From: Octopus sinensis
Lineage: Eukaryota
DNA length: 64,000 nt
Reading direction: 5' to 3'
Assembly: GCF_006345805.1 (NCBI RefSeq)
Contig: NC_043016.1
Coordinates: forward strand, 1,240,001 to 1,304,000
Positions 12,736 through 25,339 of this stretch are shown here, in pieces. The notes under the pieces were generated by a model, which was not told where the DNA came from, made no database searches, and worked only from the letters and a program-made list of their open reading frames with translations. Position 1 is the first letter of the stretch, and each line of letters begins with the position of its first letter. Both the position numbers and the translations under genes were made by a program.

Positions 12736-14557
12736 ACACTGCGTTCCCTTTTGTTTGTTTGTGCGCATGCGTGTGGGTGAGTGCGTGTGTGCCTAAACAT
12801 GCATGCATGTACGTATGTCTGTGTGTGATTGCATGTGTATGTATGTATGTGTGTGTATGCATATGTATATATGTATGTATGTGTGTGCATCTGTATGTAC
12901 GTATCCTGCATATTTATGTGCTTGCCTGTCTGTGTTTGTGTATTTTCTATGTATGTGTGTGTGAGCATGTGTTTGTATATGTATGCAAGGGTGTGTGCAT
13001 GTCTGTGTGTGTGTGTGTATGTGTTATGAAACTATGTACCATGTTTGTATGTATGGATGCGCATCTTTATGTGTGGATTCGTGTCTCCATATGTGTCTGT
13101 TCTTAGAGCCTATATACCTATCCGTCTGTGTATTGATCTGTTTATTTTCATATCTATATGCTTACATACAGAAAAAAGTGCATGCGCACACACACTCACA
13201 CCCACGTACTTACATACATTTATCTACCTAACAGTCCCCTAACTATTCTACTCTACCTGAGTAAACTGTGGGTATGGAGGTATGGTATTTACTGTGTATA
13301 TTTCCTATTTAGTATTGAGGAGGTTTCATTTATAAGGACGTATTTATAAGGTAATTGGGTCAACTTGACATCCGTATCTTATCCAAGCGGTCAAAAGACC
13401 CAACACTCAGACAAATACGGGAGTACGGTCTCTCTTCTTCTTCTTCTTCTTCTTCTTCTTCTTCTTCTTCTTCTTCTTCTTCTAGTTGGTCCTTGAATCT
13501 TCAAAAAAGGGCAACTCTTTGGTCTTTTCCCTGAAGTGCTCTCGCTAAATAAGACGTGAAATGGAGTGGGAACCTTGACTCTTCCATTTGTGCTGCATGC
13601 CCTGACCATGAAGGTCAAAGTAAATTTTGTGCAGAGTTTAACTTGGTACGTGAATGAACGGCACTGGAAGCTGCAAGGTTTAACCTGTTTTCCGGTGTTC
13701 CCTTATTTTTTGTCCATTCTACAGATTCCTAAGGCTCCATTAACTTTACTTTTTCTCGGGAGAGTTATAACTGATTAAACAGACCTCAGATAGATATTAG
13801 TTTATCGATCTCCCTTGCCCCACTCAAGTTATAATAAGCTGCTCCCTGTGGATTTGAACTCAAAACAATACGAACAAAATGTAAACGCACCGTAACATTC
13901 TCTTAATCTATTTATCTTTTATGCCACTTTAACACTTGCTTGGTTCCTTAATATTGAACAACCTTCGTATGAAGTTAATTATTTAGGCCTTAGTTTACAA
14001 GTAGGAAATTGGTAACTAACATTGGAAACCTTAGGGGATTCTTGTTCGTTCAGACTGAAATGTGAAAAGTCTGCAGATAGCAGATAGATTATATGACTCG
14101 CTTCAGTATGATGCATCATTAGGATCGAAAAATAGAATAGGTTATATGAACTAGAATTAATCAATTGAAATTAATCAATAACTATAGTTAAATGACGCCG
14201 GCTACAATGAGTAACATAAAAACAAATGAACTAGTTCAGTAGCATTCGTGATTGTTTATATACTAAAAAAAAGCGGGCGAATGCTCTAGGGATTGAAACG
14301 ATAATGCTAACCTTTATAATGTCAGTGCGTTTATCTAAGCAACAGCTGAAAGAGACAGAAAAGAATCATTCGATAAACGACATATATTTATTTCCAGAGT
14401 TGTTATTCCGGATGACTCGGCCAATTAATATCCAGTATGTTGGTCAGCCGAGGGATTGCCTGTGTATGAGAAGTCTCAATATAGGCTAATCATTGCGGGC
14501 GTTAATTAGACGAGTTTAAAGTTTAATACAGAGAAAAAACTTTTATTATTATAATTA

Positions 14558-14595
<38 letters not shown>

Positions 14596-15226
14596 GATGT
14601 TGTTGTTGTTGTTGTTGTTGCTGCTGCTGTTATTGTTCTCGTTGTTTTCGTTGTTATATACGTTGTTTCTACAATCATCAGATGACGTAATTCACACATG
14701 CGCATCATACGCATTCGAATCATAATTGGTTGACCTTAATTTATGTTGTTCTATGCACACATACAGACATGCACACTCACACATGTACATTCATACGCCC
14801 ACGCGAATACAATAAAGCACGTTGTTACAAATATGCTCACACACACCCAGACATTTATATTATCCTAATGTTTAAACATTAATCCTTTTCACTAGTACCA
14901 AGACCGAGAGCATACTCACGTATAATTGCCCAGAAAGATACCACATAAGAAAATAAACTGTCGCACTTTTTAAGTACTTGTATTGTCCTCAACGACCTTG
15001 CTTACAAATGTATGACGGCATAGTTCCATGATTGGTGCCTTTGTTCCAATATCGATATCGTTTGTATCGGCTTGTCGATTAATCTCATGCACCAGATCAT
15101 TAAGTACGGCGCACATCGTGGACAATGATATATACATACTTACATTTATGCATACATACATACACGCATACAAACATACATACATACGTACACACACACA
15201 TACACACTCACACACACACACATATA

Positions 15227-15601
15227 TCTCTCTCTATATAAACGGCAGTTTGTCTGTGCGTGTTTCTGTGTGTCTGTTTGCTTGTACCCTCACCCTGACC
15301 ACGGCTTTCAACCGATTCTGATGAAAGTTGACACGCACATAGCCCAATGTCATAATTCAAAACTAACGCAGCGAAAATTTTGAAAAGTTCCCCCAGTTCT
15401 GAAAAAAATCGATAAATTCGACATGGGGTCGAGAATCAGAAACACGAACCACAAACTGTCTAGGGGACGCAACTCCCCCTTTTTTAAATCTCAAAAAAAA
15501 ATTTACCATCATTTTTTTGCTATTTTTTGGCTATAACTCTCTAAAAATGCTTTATAGTTATTTCCCTTACAAACCTGAGCAACGCCGGGCGATACTGCTA
15601 G
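15227..15601 (+). mobile_element. Non-autonomous Helitron (375 bp)
   Basis: Starts TC after A, ends CTAG before T; subterminal GC-rich hairpin-like cctgagcaacgccggg about 8 nt before CTAG; no TSD. Confidence 0.8.
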
Positions 15602-15737
15602 TATATATATATAAACGCACACACATACACACACACAAATGAAATAAAGTTATTTTATTCTACACGGTTAGAAATATAGAAAAATAGGAGTTGAAAATGC
15701 AGTGAGATTAGTTCAAAATTTTTCTAATTATATTTAA

Positions 15738-16043
15738 AGATTTAACCTGTTTCACAATTTACACTGATTTTCAAAAGTTGAGATAGAAAGAATTGGGTTA
15801 TGCTACATCTGTCTTGCTTGTGACCTCTATTTGAAGCTTGTCCTATTTGTATGGGTAGTGCATAACTCGAATAAGTTTATGCTTTGGATAGTCCTATCCT
15901 AAACGTTAACTAGTTTGAGCCATGTACTCCCGATAAAAATAGGACAAGCTTCAAACAGTAGTCAGAATCAATTGTGACATAAGCTACGTCTTTCTATTTC
16001 AACTATTTAAAAATCAGTGTAAACTTCTAACCCGGTTAAATCT
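15738..16043. mobile_element. MITE with long imperfect TIRs and TTAA target duplication (Kolobok-like termini)
   Basis: TTAA|AGATTTAACC ... GGTTAAATCT|TTAA; inner arms also complementary (tttacactgatttt/aaaaatcagtgtaaa; tttgaagcttgtcctattt/aaataggacaagcttcaaa). Confidence 0.75.
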
Positions 16044-16174
16044 TTAAGTATATTAAGTTTTTGAATTATTTTCTGTGCATTTTCAACATCTTATATTATG
16101 TGTGTGTGTGTGTGTGTGTGTGTTTGCATGTGTGCGCGCGCGCGCGCGTGCGTGCGTGTGTGTGTATGTATATC

Positions 16175-16469
16175 TTTTATCGTTTACTTGTGCCATTTCA
16201 ATGCGGCAATACTGGAGCACGGCTTTGAATGTTTTTTCAATCGAACTACACCACGCCTTATTTTTTAAAGCCTACTACTTATTCTAACAGTCCGTTGACC
16301 GAACCGAGAAGTTACACGGACGAAAGCACAACATAACACTGGTTGTCAAGCGATGGTGAAAGGACAAACAGACACAGAGATGCACACATACATAGGTATA
16401 TACATATAAGTGTATATATATATATATATATATGTTAATAATAATAAGGGTAAAATTAATTAATTAATT

Positions 16470-16526
<57 letters not shown>

Positions 16527-19500
16527 CACCGTGATCACCCTGACCGACCAGTCCGTAGACGTCCATTTGACATCGCTAGTCACAGCACGCTGTCCACTCC
16601 TCTCTGGATCGCGCCTTCCTCATCCACGTGATCCCAATCGTCCTCCTAAATCGTAACTCTACCGTCGTGGAGGTCTTCCGGGTAGTCTTTTACGCTCGCG
16701 CGGGTACCACTCGACAACTGCGTGGGTCCACCGATTATCAGTGAGCCGGGCGACATGTCCAGCCCATCTATACTTGCTGCGAGTATACTCTGCGATGACA
16801 TCTCTCACGCCGGACTTCTTTCTGATGATCTCGCTGCTGATGTGCTCTCTCAACGAGATACCAAGCATTGACCTTTCCATGGCTCTTTGAGCGGTTACCA
16901 GTCTTTGCTCTTCTCTCTTTGTGGTAGCCCATGTTTCACTACCATATAGCATTGCAGGCAGAACTGCACTGTTAATGAGGTTCGCGCGGGTGGTCCTGTC
17001 CAACCTTCCCTTGAGCACATCCCTTATGCCATTAAACGCCTTCCATCCGGCCCTTGCTCTCCGTGATATCTCCTTTTCGATATCTCGGCACATATTTACT
17101 TCCTGTCCCAGGTAGACATATTCCCTTACCTCCTCTATTTCATCACTGCCGATCACCATTCGACCTGTTGGTGCGTTGTCTGACCGCATGAACATTGTTT
17201 TCATGCGGTTCATCTTGAGACCCACTGCAGAGCTTTTGATGTCGAGCTCCGTCAGCATAGTCTGAAGCTGATCCGTGTCTTCAGCGATGAGTAAGTACGA
17301 CGTCGTCAGCGAAACGGAGGTGGGTGAGGAGCTTGCCATTCGATGCCTCTGATGATCTGTTCGAGACATACAGTGAAAAGTTTTGGGGAGATTGTATCTC
17401 CTTGCTTCACTCCCTTCTAAACCGGCACTCGTATGGCTGATGACAGTAGAGTTATGTCGGTTGTGCATCCGGAATTTGCCTATCTGAGCAGCTGCATATA
17501 TTGCACTTCGACTCCTTGCCTCTGCAGCGAGTTCAGCACTGCGCTGGTTTCGACGCTATCGAAGGCCTTCTCATAAACGCAACGCAAAGAGGCAGCTTGT
17601 ACTCATTTGCTCGCTCAAACAGTTGCGTTAGAGCAAATATATGGTCCATCGTGCTGTAGTCCTTCCGGAAGCCTGCTTGTTCCCTCGGTTGTTGTTCGTC
17701 GAGACGACGTGATAACCTGTTCAGAATTATCTTCGCGAACAGTTTGTACACGTGAGACAGCAGGCATATGGGTCGGTAGTTCTTTAGATCTTCTCTGTCA
17801 CCCTTCTTATACAGCAGGATGGTATTTGACTCTTTCCACTGCGAGGGGATTCTTCCCTCGTCTAGATAGTGCGTAAATCGCCTAGCGAGGATTCTCCAGA
17901 GCTGGTCTCTGCCTGACTTTAGCACCTCCGATGTTATACCGTCTTTCCCTGGAGCCTTTCCGTTTTTCATCGAGCCGATGGCTCTTTCAACCTCACTGAC
18001 AAGGATAGGTGGCACGTTTTCTTCTTCCTGTTGGAGTGGTGGTTACGGCTGGACATTTCGGTAGACTTAAAGAGCTTGGTGTAGATGTCTTCGCAAACTT
18101 TTTCCATCTCGCTCTTCTCGTTGACCGGTATTCCATCTGTATTTTTCAGGGCCGTCACCTCCGATCTATATAGTAACATGTCCCTCTTGCATTTCTTGAG
18201 GCTCTTCTTTTCCTCTGCGGCCTTCAAGAGCTTCTCCATCCGGTATGCCTCAAAGTCTTTTTTTCTAGTTGCTGACGAATCACTCTGCTGAGAATGGAAT
18301 ATTCAAGGTGATCTTCAATAGTCCTCTTCATATTTTTCCTCTTCTCGAGTAACTTCGTAGTTTCTTCCGAGAATCTTCCCTTCTTTTCTCTTGGGCATAC
18401 TCATTTAGCCTTCCTTAAACACTCCTTCAGTTTCCCTATCAGTGAGTTGTAGTCATCGTCTATGTCGTCTCCTTGGCACCAGTCTTCCTGCATGATGGCT
18501 TCCTGCAGCTTTGCCTCGTTGAAGACTCGGACACGTTTCCCCTCGACGCTAAATATAACGCCATCTTCTCCCTCTTCCCGTCGATAACGACCCTCGCCCT
18601 TACCAGACGATGATCGCTGCCGGTGTTGAATGGTGTCACGGCGGAGACGTCATGTAATATGCGTCGCTTATCAACCAGGATGTAGTCGATCTCGCTTCGG
18701 TGCTTAGAGTTCGGTGATATCCAGGTCCATCTCTTCCTCTCCCTCTTCCTGAATAGGTTGTTTCCGATGTAGAGCTGCCTCGCCTCTGCCATGGTAACCA
18801 AACGTTCTCCTTTCTCGTTTCTCTCTCCCATGCCGAGTCTCCCGACGTACTCCTCTCCTTGTCGTCCATGACCAACCTTTGCGTTGAAGTCTCCTATCAC
18901 GACAGTGTAAGTGGACTTCATAGCCAGCCCTTTGTCTAGTTGTCGATAGAATTCTTCCACCTCGTCGTCGTCGCTGGCACTTGTGGGAGCATAGGTCTGG
19001 ACAATCTTGAGAGTGGCCTTCCCTGAGAGGTTCACATTTAGTACACCAATCCATGATGATATGAAGTGGCAAGAAGCGACCCTCGAAGCCCATTCCTTAC
19101 TTACGATAAAACCGATACCTTCGACCGATCTAGCACCTTCTGCTCTCCCTAATCTCACAGTGCATCCATCTTGCAATTGTATCCTCGCTTCCTTCTTTCA
19201 GCGTGTCTCGCACAGCCCTAACACGTCGCACCTGATCTTCTTCCTCTCCTCCATTAGGTGGTTCAGTTCTTGCCACCCTGCCATGGACCTGCAGTTGTAG
19301 GTGCATATGGCAAGTTTAGTCCTGTTCCATGACGGCCCACGGGAACCTGTGATTCTTAGCAGCCTCTCATCGCTCGAGTTGCACTCCGCCGTCATGGAGT
19401 GGCCCGATTGACGTGCAGGGTACTGAGGCCCTTTTCCTTTTCTCTTCGTTCTTCGTGCTGTTTTAGCCATAAGATGACGCCATCCCACTGGCTGGGCGGG

Positions 19501-19735
19501 CAGGTCGGAATTTTGTTGGATGGCCGTTGACTATTCAGGAGTTCATCCGCCCTATATATATATATATACACACACACATACAACGGGCTTCTTTCGGTTT
19601 CCGTCTAAAGATCCACTCACTCTGGTCGGACCGAGGCTATAGTGGAAGACACTTGCTCAAGATGCCACACGTTGAATTGAAGCCGGAATCATTTGATGAG
19701 AAAGCAAAATACTTACCACACAACCATACCTGCGC
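16175..19735 (-). mobile_element. SINE family 1 split in two (3' part ~16175-16410, 5' part ~19565-19735) by the RTE insertion
   Basis: The two halves are collinear pieces of the SINE consensus and flank the RTE at the SINE's internal TA/CA microsatellite. Confidence 0.75.
16526..19552 (-). mobile_element. Near full-length (~3.0 kb) RTE-clade LINE, APE endonuclease + RT, disrupted by stops, frameshifts and deletions
   Basis: LAICTYNCRS, DVLGLCETR, VIGDFNAKVG, WTWISPN, EIDYIL, GSDHRLV (APE); KAPGKDG, NYRPICLLSHVYKLF, EQAGFRK, FADD at 17302-17313, YVYLGQ, LYGSETW, WAGHVAR, RPPRR (RT); (TA)n on both sides. Confidence 0.95.
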
Positions 19736-19740
19736 ATATA

Positions 19741-19812
<72 letters not shown>

Positions 19813-21867
19813 ATAGAGAAATAATATAAAAGATTATAAACCTGAAAAGTGCAGGACAAGTTTTTACTAAGAGGTTTAACCTAAATATTCAAATATAAGA
19901 TTTCAAATAAAATATTTAGATTTAGACAATTTTTGCTTTCATCAAAACTAAAAAAAAATTATTATAAATTATTACTACTATTGTTTTATTGTTATTTCTA
20001 TTAAAAATAAAAACTAACTCAAATTATTTTTTGCACTTTAAAAAATTCATTTTTTAATTATTAATTAATAATTAGAAATTTGAAAATATATTATAAGAAA
20101 TATTAGCACATATTTAGTTAGTACAATAAATAGAATAATACAAAAATTAGTTATATATTACAGTAAAATCCACCTATAACAATTAATTCACAATAAAATT
20201 TGCTTGAGTTATTGCCTAAGTTATTGTCGAGTCGTCACATTCTTAGTGTTGACCCAATGTCTATTTTTTACATAATGAATTTGCCTACCATATATAATAT
20301 TCCACTTTGCATAAAACTTTAGTTATATTGGTACTTATGGCTCTCTTTTAAGTATTCTAGTGTGTCAATATTTTAACAAAATGATGCTACCTTTTTTTGA
20401 TGTTACATTGTGAATTAAAATCAAATAATTTTTAACATTCAAATTTTATCCTTGGCTGTATTATTTTAGGTAAAAATTTTCTTGTTCTGTACTTTACCAG
20501 ATATTATAAGTTGTCCTGAACCATTCCAAGTATAATAACTTATCCTGTACTTTTCCAGGCTTATAATCTTTTGTATTATTTCCCTTGCTCGCATTTTCCT
20601 TGTAATCCATGTTATTTTCCAGGCTATGCTATTATACGAATTAATAATGTGTGAATTAATAATTTAAGATTTTACTTTATTCAAAATTGAATAATAAATT
20701 TAATAAATTTCTAAATAATATTTTAATTTTTTGATATAAATGACGTTATTAAACTAATTGCAACTTAGCGTTGTCGATGAAAGTTTTTATCTTATTCCAA
20801 TGATGCTGGTGACATATTAAAAGTCCCCTTAGAACTACATTCATAAAAAAGTATACAACTATATTATCACCCTCAAATTTTAGAAACAAACACTCATAAC
20901 TTTTCTTTTAAAACTTCATTGCATGAAATTGATACCATGAATTACCTCGAATTGAGTTCTGTCATTTAAGCTTAATTAATATATAGTTTGTTTAAATTTA
21001 AAAAGTTAATTATACTTACAAGCAATTTTTTGCCATACTTATATTTTTTTCACGATATTTTACCTCACAAATTTTTGTTGCATGGGACCAAAACTATGAA
21101 ATTCGTCATGCCTTCTTCTATCATTGAAGCTAAGATAAATATATTTTGCTTTCAAAATTAAAAAAGAAAAGAGTTATTTAGATCTAAATTACAGGCATTA
21201 CTTATTTTCCTATAACGTTGTGCTACAATTTTGATGTAAACTGTTTTCTATTGCACCAAATTTCAATTTTCTTATGTCAAAAATGTAGCTAAGGACGAGT
21301 CCTCCTCAAAAATGTTAACAGTTTTCAATTTAGTTGCATCTGCAACAAAGCACTGCAGATGCTACGTGTAAATTGCGGCCTAAATATATTATTCAACTAC
21401 TACGCAGTTCAATGATTAGATATATATATATATAATATATATATAATATATATATATATATAATATATAATGTATGTGTGGTGTGTGTGATTGTGCGTGG
21501 TGTTTGTTGTGTGTATGTGTGTATGTGTGTGTGTGTGTGTTTGATATGTATGTATCTTTATTTAGAACAAATTGTAAAGACTTCAGTTTTTAATTACTCA
21601 ACGTCCATATGTTTTAAAAGCAACGCTTGTCGGATTCAAGAAATATGGCATTAACTTTCATAATTGCAAGAAACCAGCTGTTGTTCTGCTAATTTTTGAG
21701 ACAAAGAAAGACTTATTGTGCACCACAGTCTATTCTGTTTAATAAGAGCCAACAGATGTAATGTAAGAAACACTCTTAATATATAATTATGAATTGTAGA
21801 TAAAAATTTCAGTCGCTGTGTGGTAAGGAGTTTGCTTCCCAATTACATGGTTGCGGGTACGTATGTA

Positions 21868-22980
21868 TGTATGTGAAGATTTGTATGTATGTATGTATGT
21901 ATGTATGTATGTATGTATGTATGTATGTATGTATGTATGTATGTATGTATGTATGTATGTATGTATGTATGTATGTATGTATGTATGCATGCATGTATGT
22001 ATGTATGAATGTATGTATGTATGTATGCATGCATGTATGTATGAGTGTATGTGTGTATGTGTGTATGTATGTATGTATGTATGTGAAGATTTGTATGTTT
22101 TATGTATGTATGTATGCATGCATGCATGCATGCATGTATGTATGTATGTGTGTATGTATGTATGTGTGTATGTGTGTGTGTATGTATGTATGTATGTATG
22201 TATGTATGTATGTGAAGATTTGAATGTATGTATGCATGTATGTATGTATGTATGAATGTATGTATGTATTGTGTGTATGTGGTATGTGTGTATGTATGTA
22301 TGTATGTATGTTTTATGTATGTATGTATGCATGCATGTATGTATGTAGTATGTATGGTGTGTGTGTATGTATGTATGTATGTATGTATGTATGTATGTAT
22401 GTATGCGTGCATGTATGTATGCATGTATTATGTGTGTATGTATGTATGTGTGTATGTGTGTGTGTATGTATGTATGTATGTATGTATGTATGTATGTGAA
22501 GATTGAATGTATGTATGCATGTATGTATGTATGTATGAATGTATGTATGTATGTGTGTATGTGTGTATGTGTGTATGTATGTATGTATGTATGTTTTATG
22601 TATGTATGTATGCATGCATGTATGTATGTATGTATGTATGTGTGTGTGTGTATGTATGTATGTATGTATGTATGTATGTATGTATGTATGCGTGCATGTA
22701 TGTATGCATGTATTTATGTGTGTGTGTATGTATGTATGTGTGTATGTATGTATGTATGTATGTATGTATGTATGTATGTATGTGTGTATGTATGTATGTA
22801 TGTGTGTGTATGTATGTATGTATGCGTGCATGTATGTATGTATGTATTTATGTGTGTGTGTGTATGTATGTATGTATGTATGTTTGTATGTTTGTGTGTA
22901 TGTATGTATGTGTGTGTGTTTGTATGTATGTATGTGTGTGTGTATGTATGTATGTATATGTGTGTGTATGTATGTATGTG
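21868..22980. repeat. ~1.1-kb (TATG)n array with higher-order structure
   Basis: TATG/TGTG/CATG units; marker gtgaagatt recurs at 21873, 22083, 22212, 22496 and 22978; blocks ~22210-22495 and ~22496-22780 look tandemly duplicated. A SINE head lies at ~21820-21860. Confidence 0.92.
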
Positions 22981-24122
22981 AAGATTTGTATGTTTTATTT
23001 ATGTATTCTCATGCTTATAGTTATATATCTAGACAGGCTCATATATATTTAAATGATAAGCTTCTGGAAAATTTTACAGATTTTTACAGTTCCAGTGATG
23101 GATTGGATCTCTAGTCGTGAAATTAGCCTTCTCATTTGTGATTTTGAGAAGCACAATTTCTCAAAATTGGTATTCAGGCGGTGTATTACATATCCCAGGG
23201 CCCCAATTATTACAGGTATAATCTGGATTGAGTAACTCCAGATTTCTCAATAGTTCAGCATAGGTGTTTTCTTTTTCATTAATCTTCAGTTTTATGTCAC
23301 ATTCGATGGGCAGCTAATTTCCACAACTGTGCATAGTTTCTCTACCCCAAATCATTATATCAGGTCTGTTTTGCTTACATGTTATTGAGGTCTTCGCTGG
23401 TACATTCCACCAGTATTCCATTTCATTATGAGTGGCTATGGCTTCTACTATATTGTGGGTTCTTATTTCTTCGTCTTGTCTCATCAGTAGATAATACCGT
23501 GATAATATTTTTGGACAACTGCTTATGATGTGGGGGGATATCTTCAGAGTGAACTCCACAAATTCGGCAGTGATTGTTATATTTTACGGCTTTACCTGCA
23601 TCTCTATCCATTTTGTGCATCAGGTACTTGGTTGATATTTCCTGTTCCTGGATTGCATACGCAAAGTGGGAGGTAATAATCCAGCTATTGGTCCATGATA
23701 AACTGCTTTGATGATCGATGTTCCTATCATCACAGAGCTTTCTACTACCACATCCATCCATAGTCTTTTGCTCATATAGGCTCATCCTTTCAGCTAATGA
23801 TATGTTGCGGTAGATTTATGCGATTTCTTTGGTCATGTATTCTAGGTTATCAGAAAAAGAGTGTTGCTCAAGGATCTGCCTTTCAAGTCTTATGATGTTA
23901 TCAGCTTCATGCATGCAAACTTGGTCAAGGGATGCACTTCGACACTTGGTGGTTAAAAGATGTTGCTGAAGGGATATGATGCGACATTCAAAGACATCTT
24001 GGATCGATGTTAAGCCTCTGCCGCCTTACTTACGTTTTAGGTAGAGCTGGTCTACATCACTATTACTGTTTGTGTAGAAATGATGTGTGCTTGTTAGTAT
24101 TTTTCGGGTTTTCACATCATGC
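22975..24122 (-). mobile_element. REL-type (R4/Dong/NeSL-like) LINE, 5'-truncated, embedded in (CATA)n
   Basis: DVKTRKIL...DVDQLYLKRK*GGRGL, YAIQEQEISTKYL, CRICG, HIISSCPK..SRYYL.MR, EYWWNVPAKT...KQNRPDIMIW, IIIGALG; ~70-nt 3' UTR then (CATA)n. A second fragment with the GGR region lies at ~24275-24430. Confidence 0.82.
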
Positions 24123-24155
<33 letters not shown>

Positions 24156-24842
24156 TGTATGTATGTATGTATGTATGTATGTATGTATGTATGTATTTAT
24201 GTATGTATGTATGTATGTATGTATGTATGTATGCATGTATGTATGTATGAATGTATGCGTGTGTGTATGTATGTATTCAAGATCGACCTCCTACTCGATA
24301 GCAAGGTTATGAAGGAAAGTGTCTTGTTTTAAACATCACTTTTAAATCTTAAGGAGGTCTTGCATATTTTTATAGTCCCAGATATCTGGATGTAGCGTAT
24401 GGATTAAAGATTTGCATTCTTTTTCTGTTGTTAATAGAATTTAGCAACGGGGAGGTGTGTGCGTGTGTGTATGTGTGTATGTATGAATGTATGTATGTTT
24501 ACATGCATGCATGTTCGCATCTATGTATGTATGCATGAATGTGCATGTAATTATGTATGCATGCATGTATGTATATGTGTGTATTTCATGAACAAAAGGT
24601 TGTGAATGCAGCATTGGAAACTGTTCGTTGATTTAATATTTGTCATAAAAAAGACCTTCAGGCTGAGATTTCTCTGCAGAACGATAAAAAGTCGTAAAAA
24701 AATAAGCTAGTAGAATTACAAACCTCATTATTTAGCAATAATGAGCAATCCTAACAGCACACGTAAATACTTTATATCCTTTGCTGATTGTTGAAAGTTA
24801 GATATATCATATATGCACGATGTATTTATATCGAAGATATGA

Positions 24843-25095
24843 AAGACCGTGGCTTAGTGGTTAGGCTGAAGGTCGCGAGTTCGATGCTCGACGGTGCTTT
24901 GTGTCATTGAGCCAGATACTTTATTTCATGTTGCTCCAGTCAGCTAGCAAAAATGAGTAGTACCTGTAAATTCGAAGGGCCAGCTTTGGAACATTCTGTG
25001 TCACGCTGAATCTCCCTGAGAAGATATTAAGGGTACTCGTGTCTGTGGAGTGCTCAGCCTCCTCTAAGTTAATTTCACGATCAAGCTGTTCCGTT
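24843..25095 (+). mobile_element. tRNA-derived SINE family 2
   Basis: A box gtggcttagtggttag, B box gagttcgatgc, core tgtgtc.ttgagc.agatactttatttca.gttgctccagtc...aaaatgagta. Confidence 0.75.
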
Positions 25096-25339
25096 TGTAT
25101 TTTGTGTTGTGTGTATTCTCTTTATGAATTTTTATGAATAATTTTATGTGTATTATGTGCATTGCAATTTTTTTCTTTTTATTTGTATTATGTATTTTTT
25201 ATTTGTATTATGTATATATGTATTTATATTTTTTATCTTGTGCAGTGTATATGATGTGTATTTATTATTACTAACCTTGTGGTTATTGATGTGTGTCCAT
25301 GTGTGTGTCGGTGTGAATGCACGATAGGTGGATAGTAGC

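Noticed and set aside
14655-14690. Minus-strand CTGATGA-ttgta-GAAA-CAAC-GTA
   Set aside because: Essentially no stem II and stem I does not pair; likely chance.
14950-15130. Short minus-strand peptide MCAVLNDLVHEINRQADTNDIDIGTKAPIMELCRHTF as a host exon
   Set aside because: No convincing splice acceptor, no recognisable domain, and it runs out of a microsatellite.
19850-21415. Possible mitochondrial insertion (NUMT), suggested by extreme AT richness
   Set aside because: I found no recognisable mitochondrial protein, rRNA or tRNA motif on either strand.
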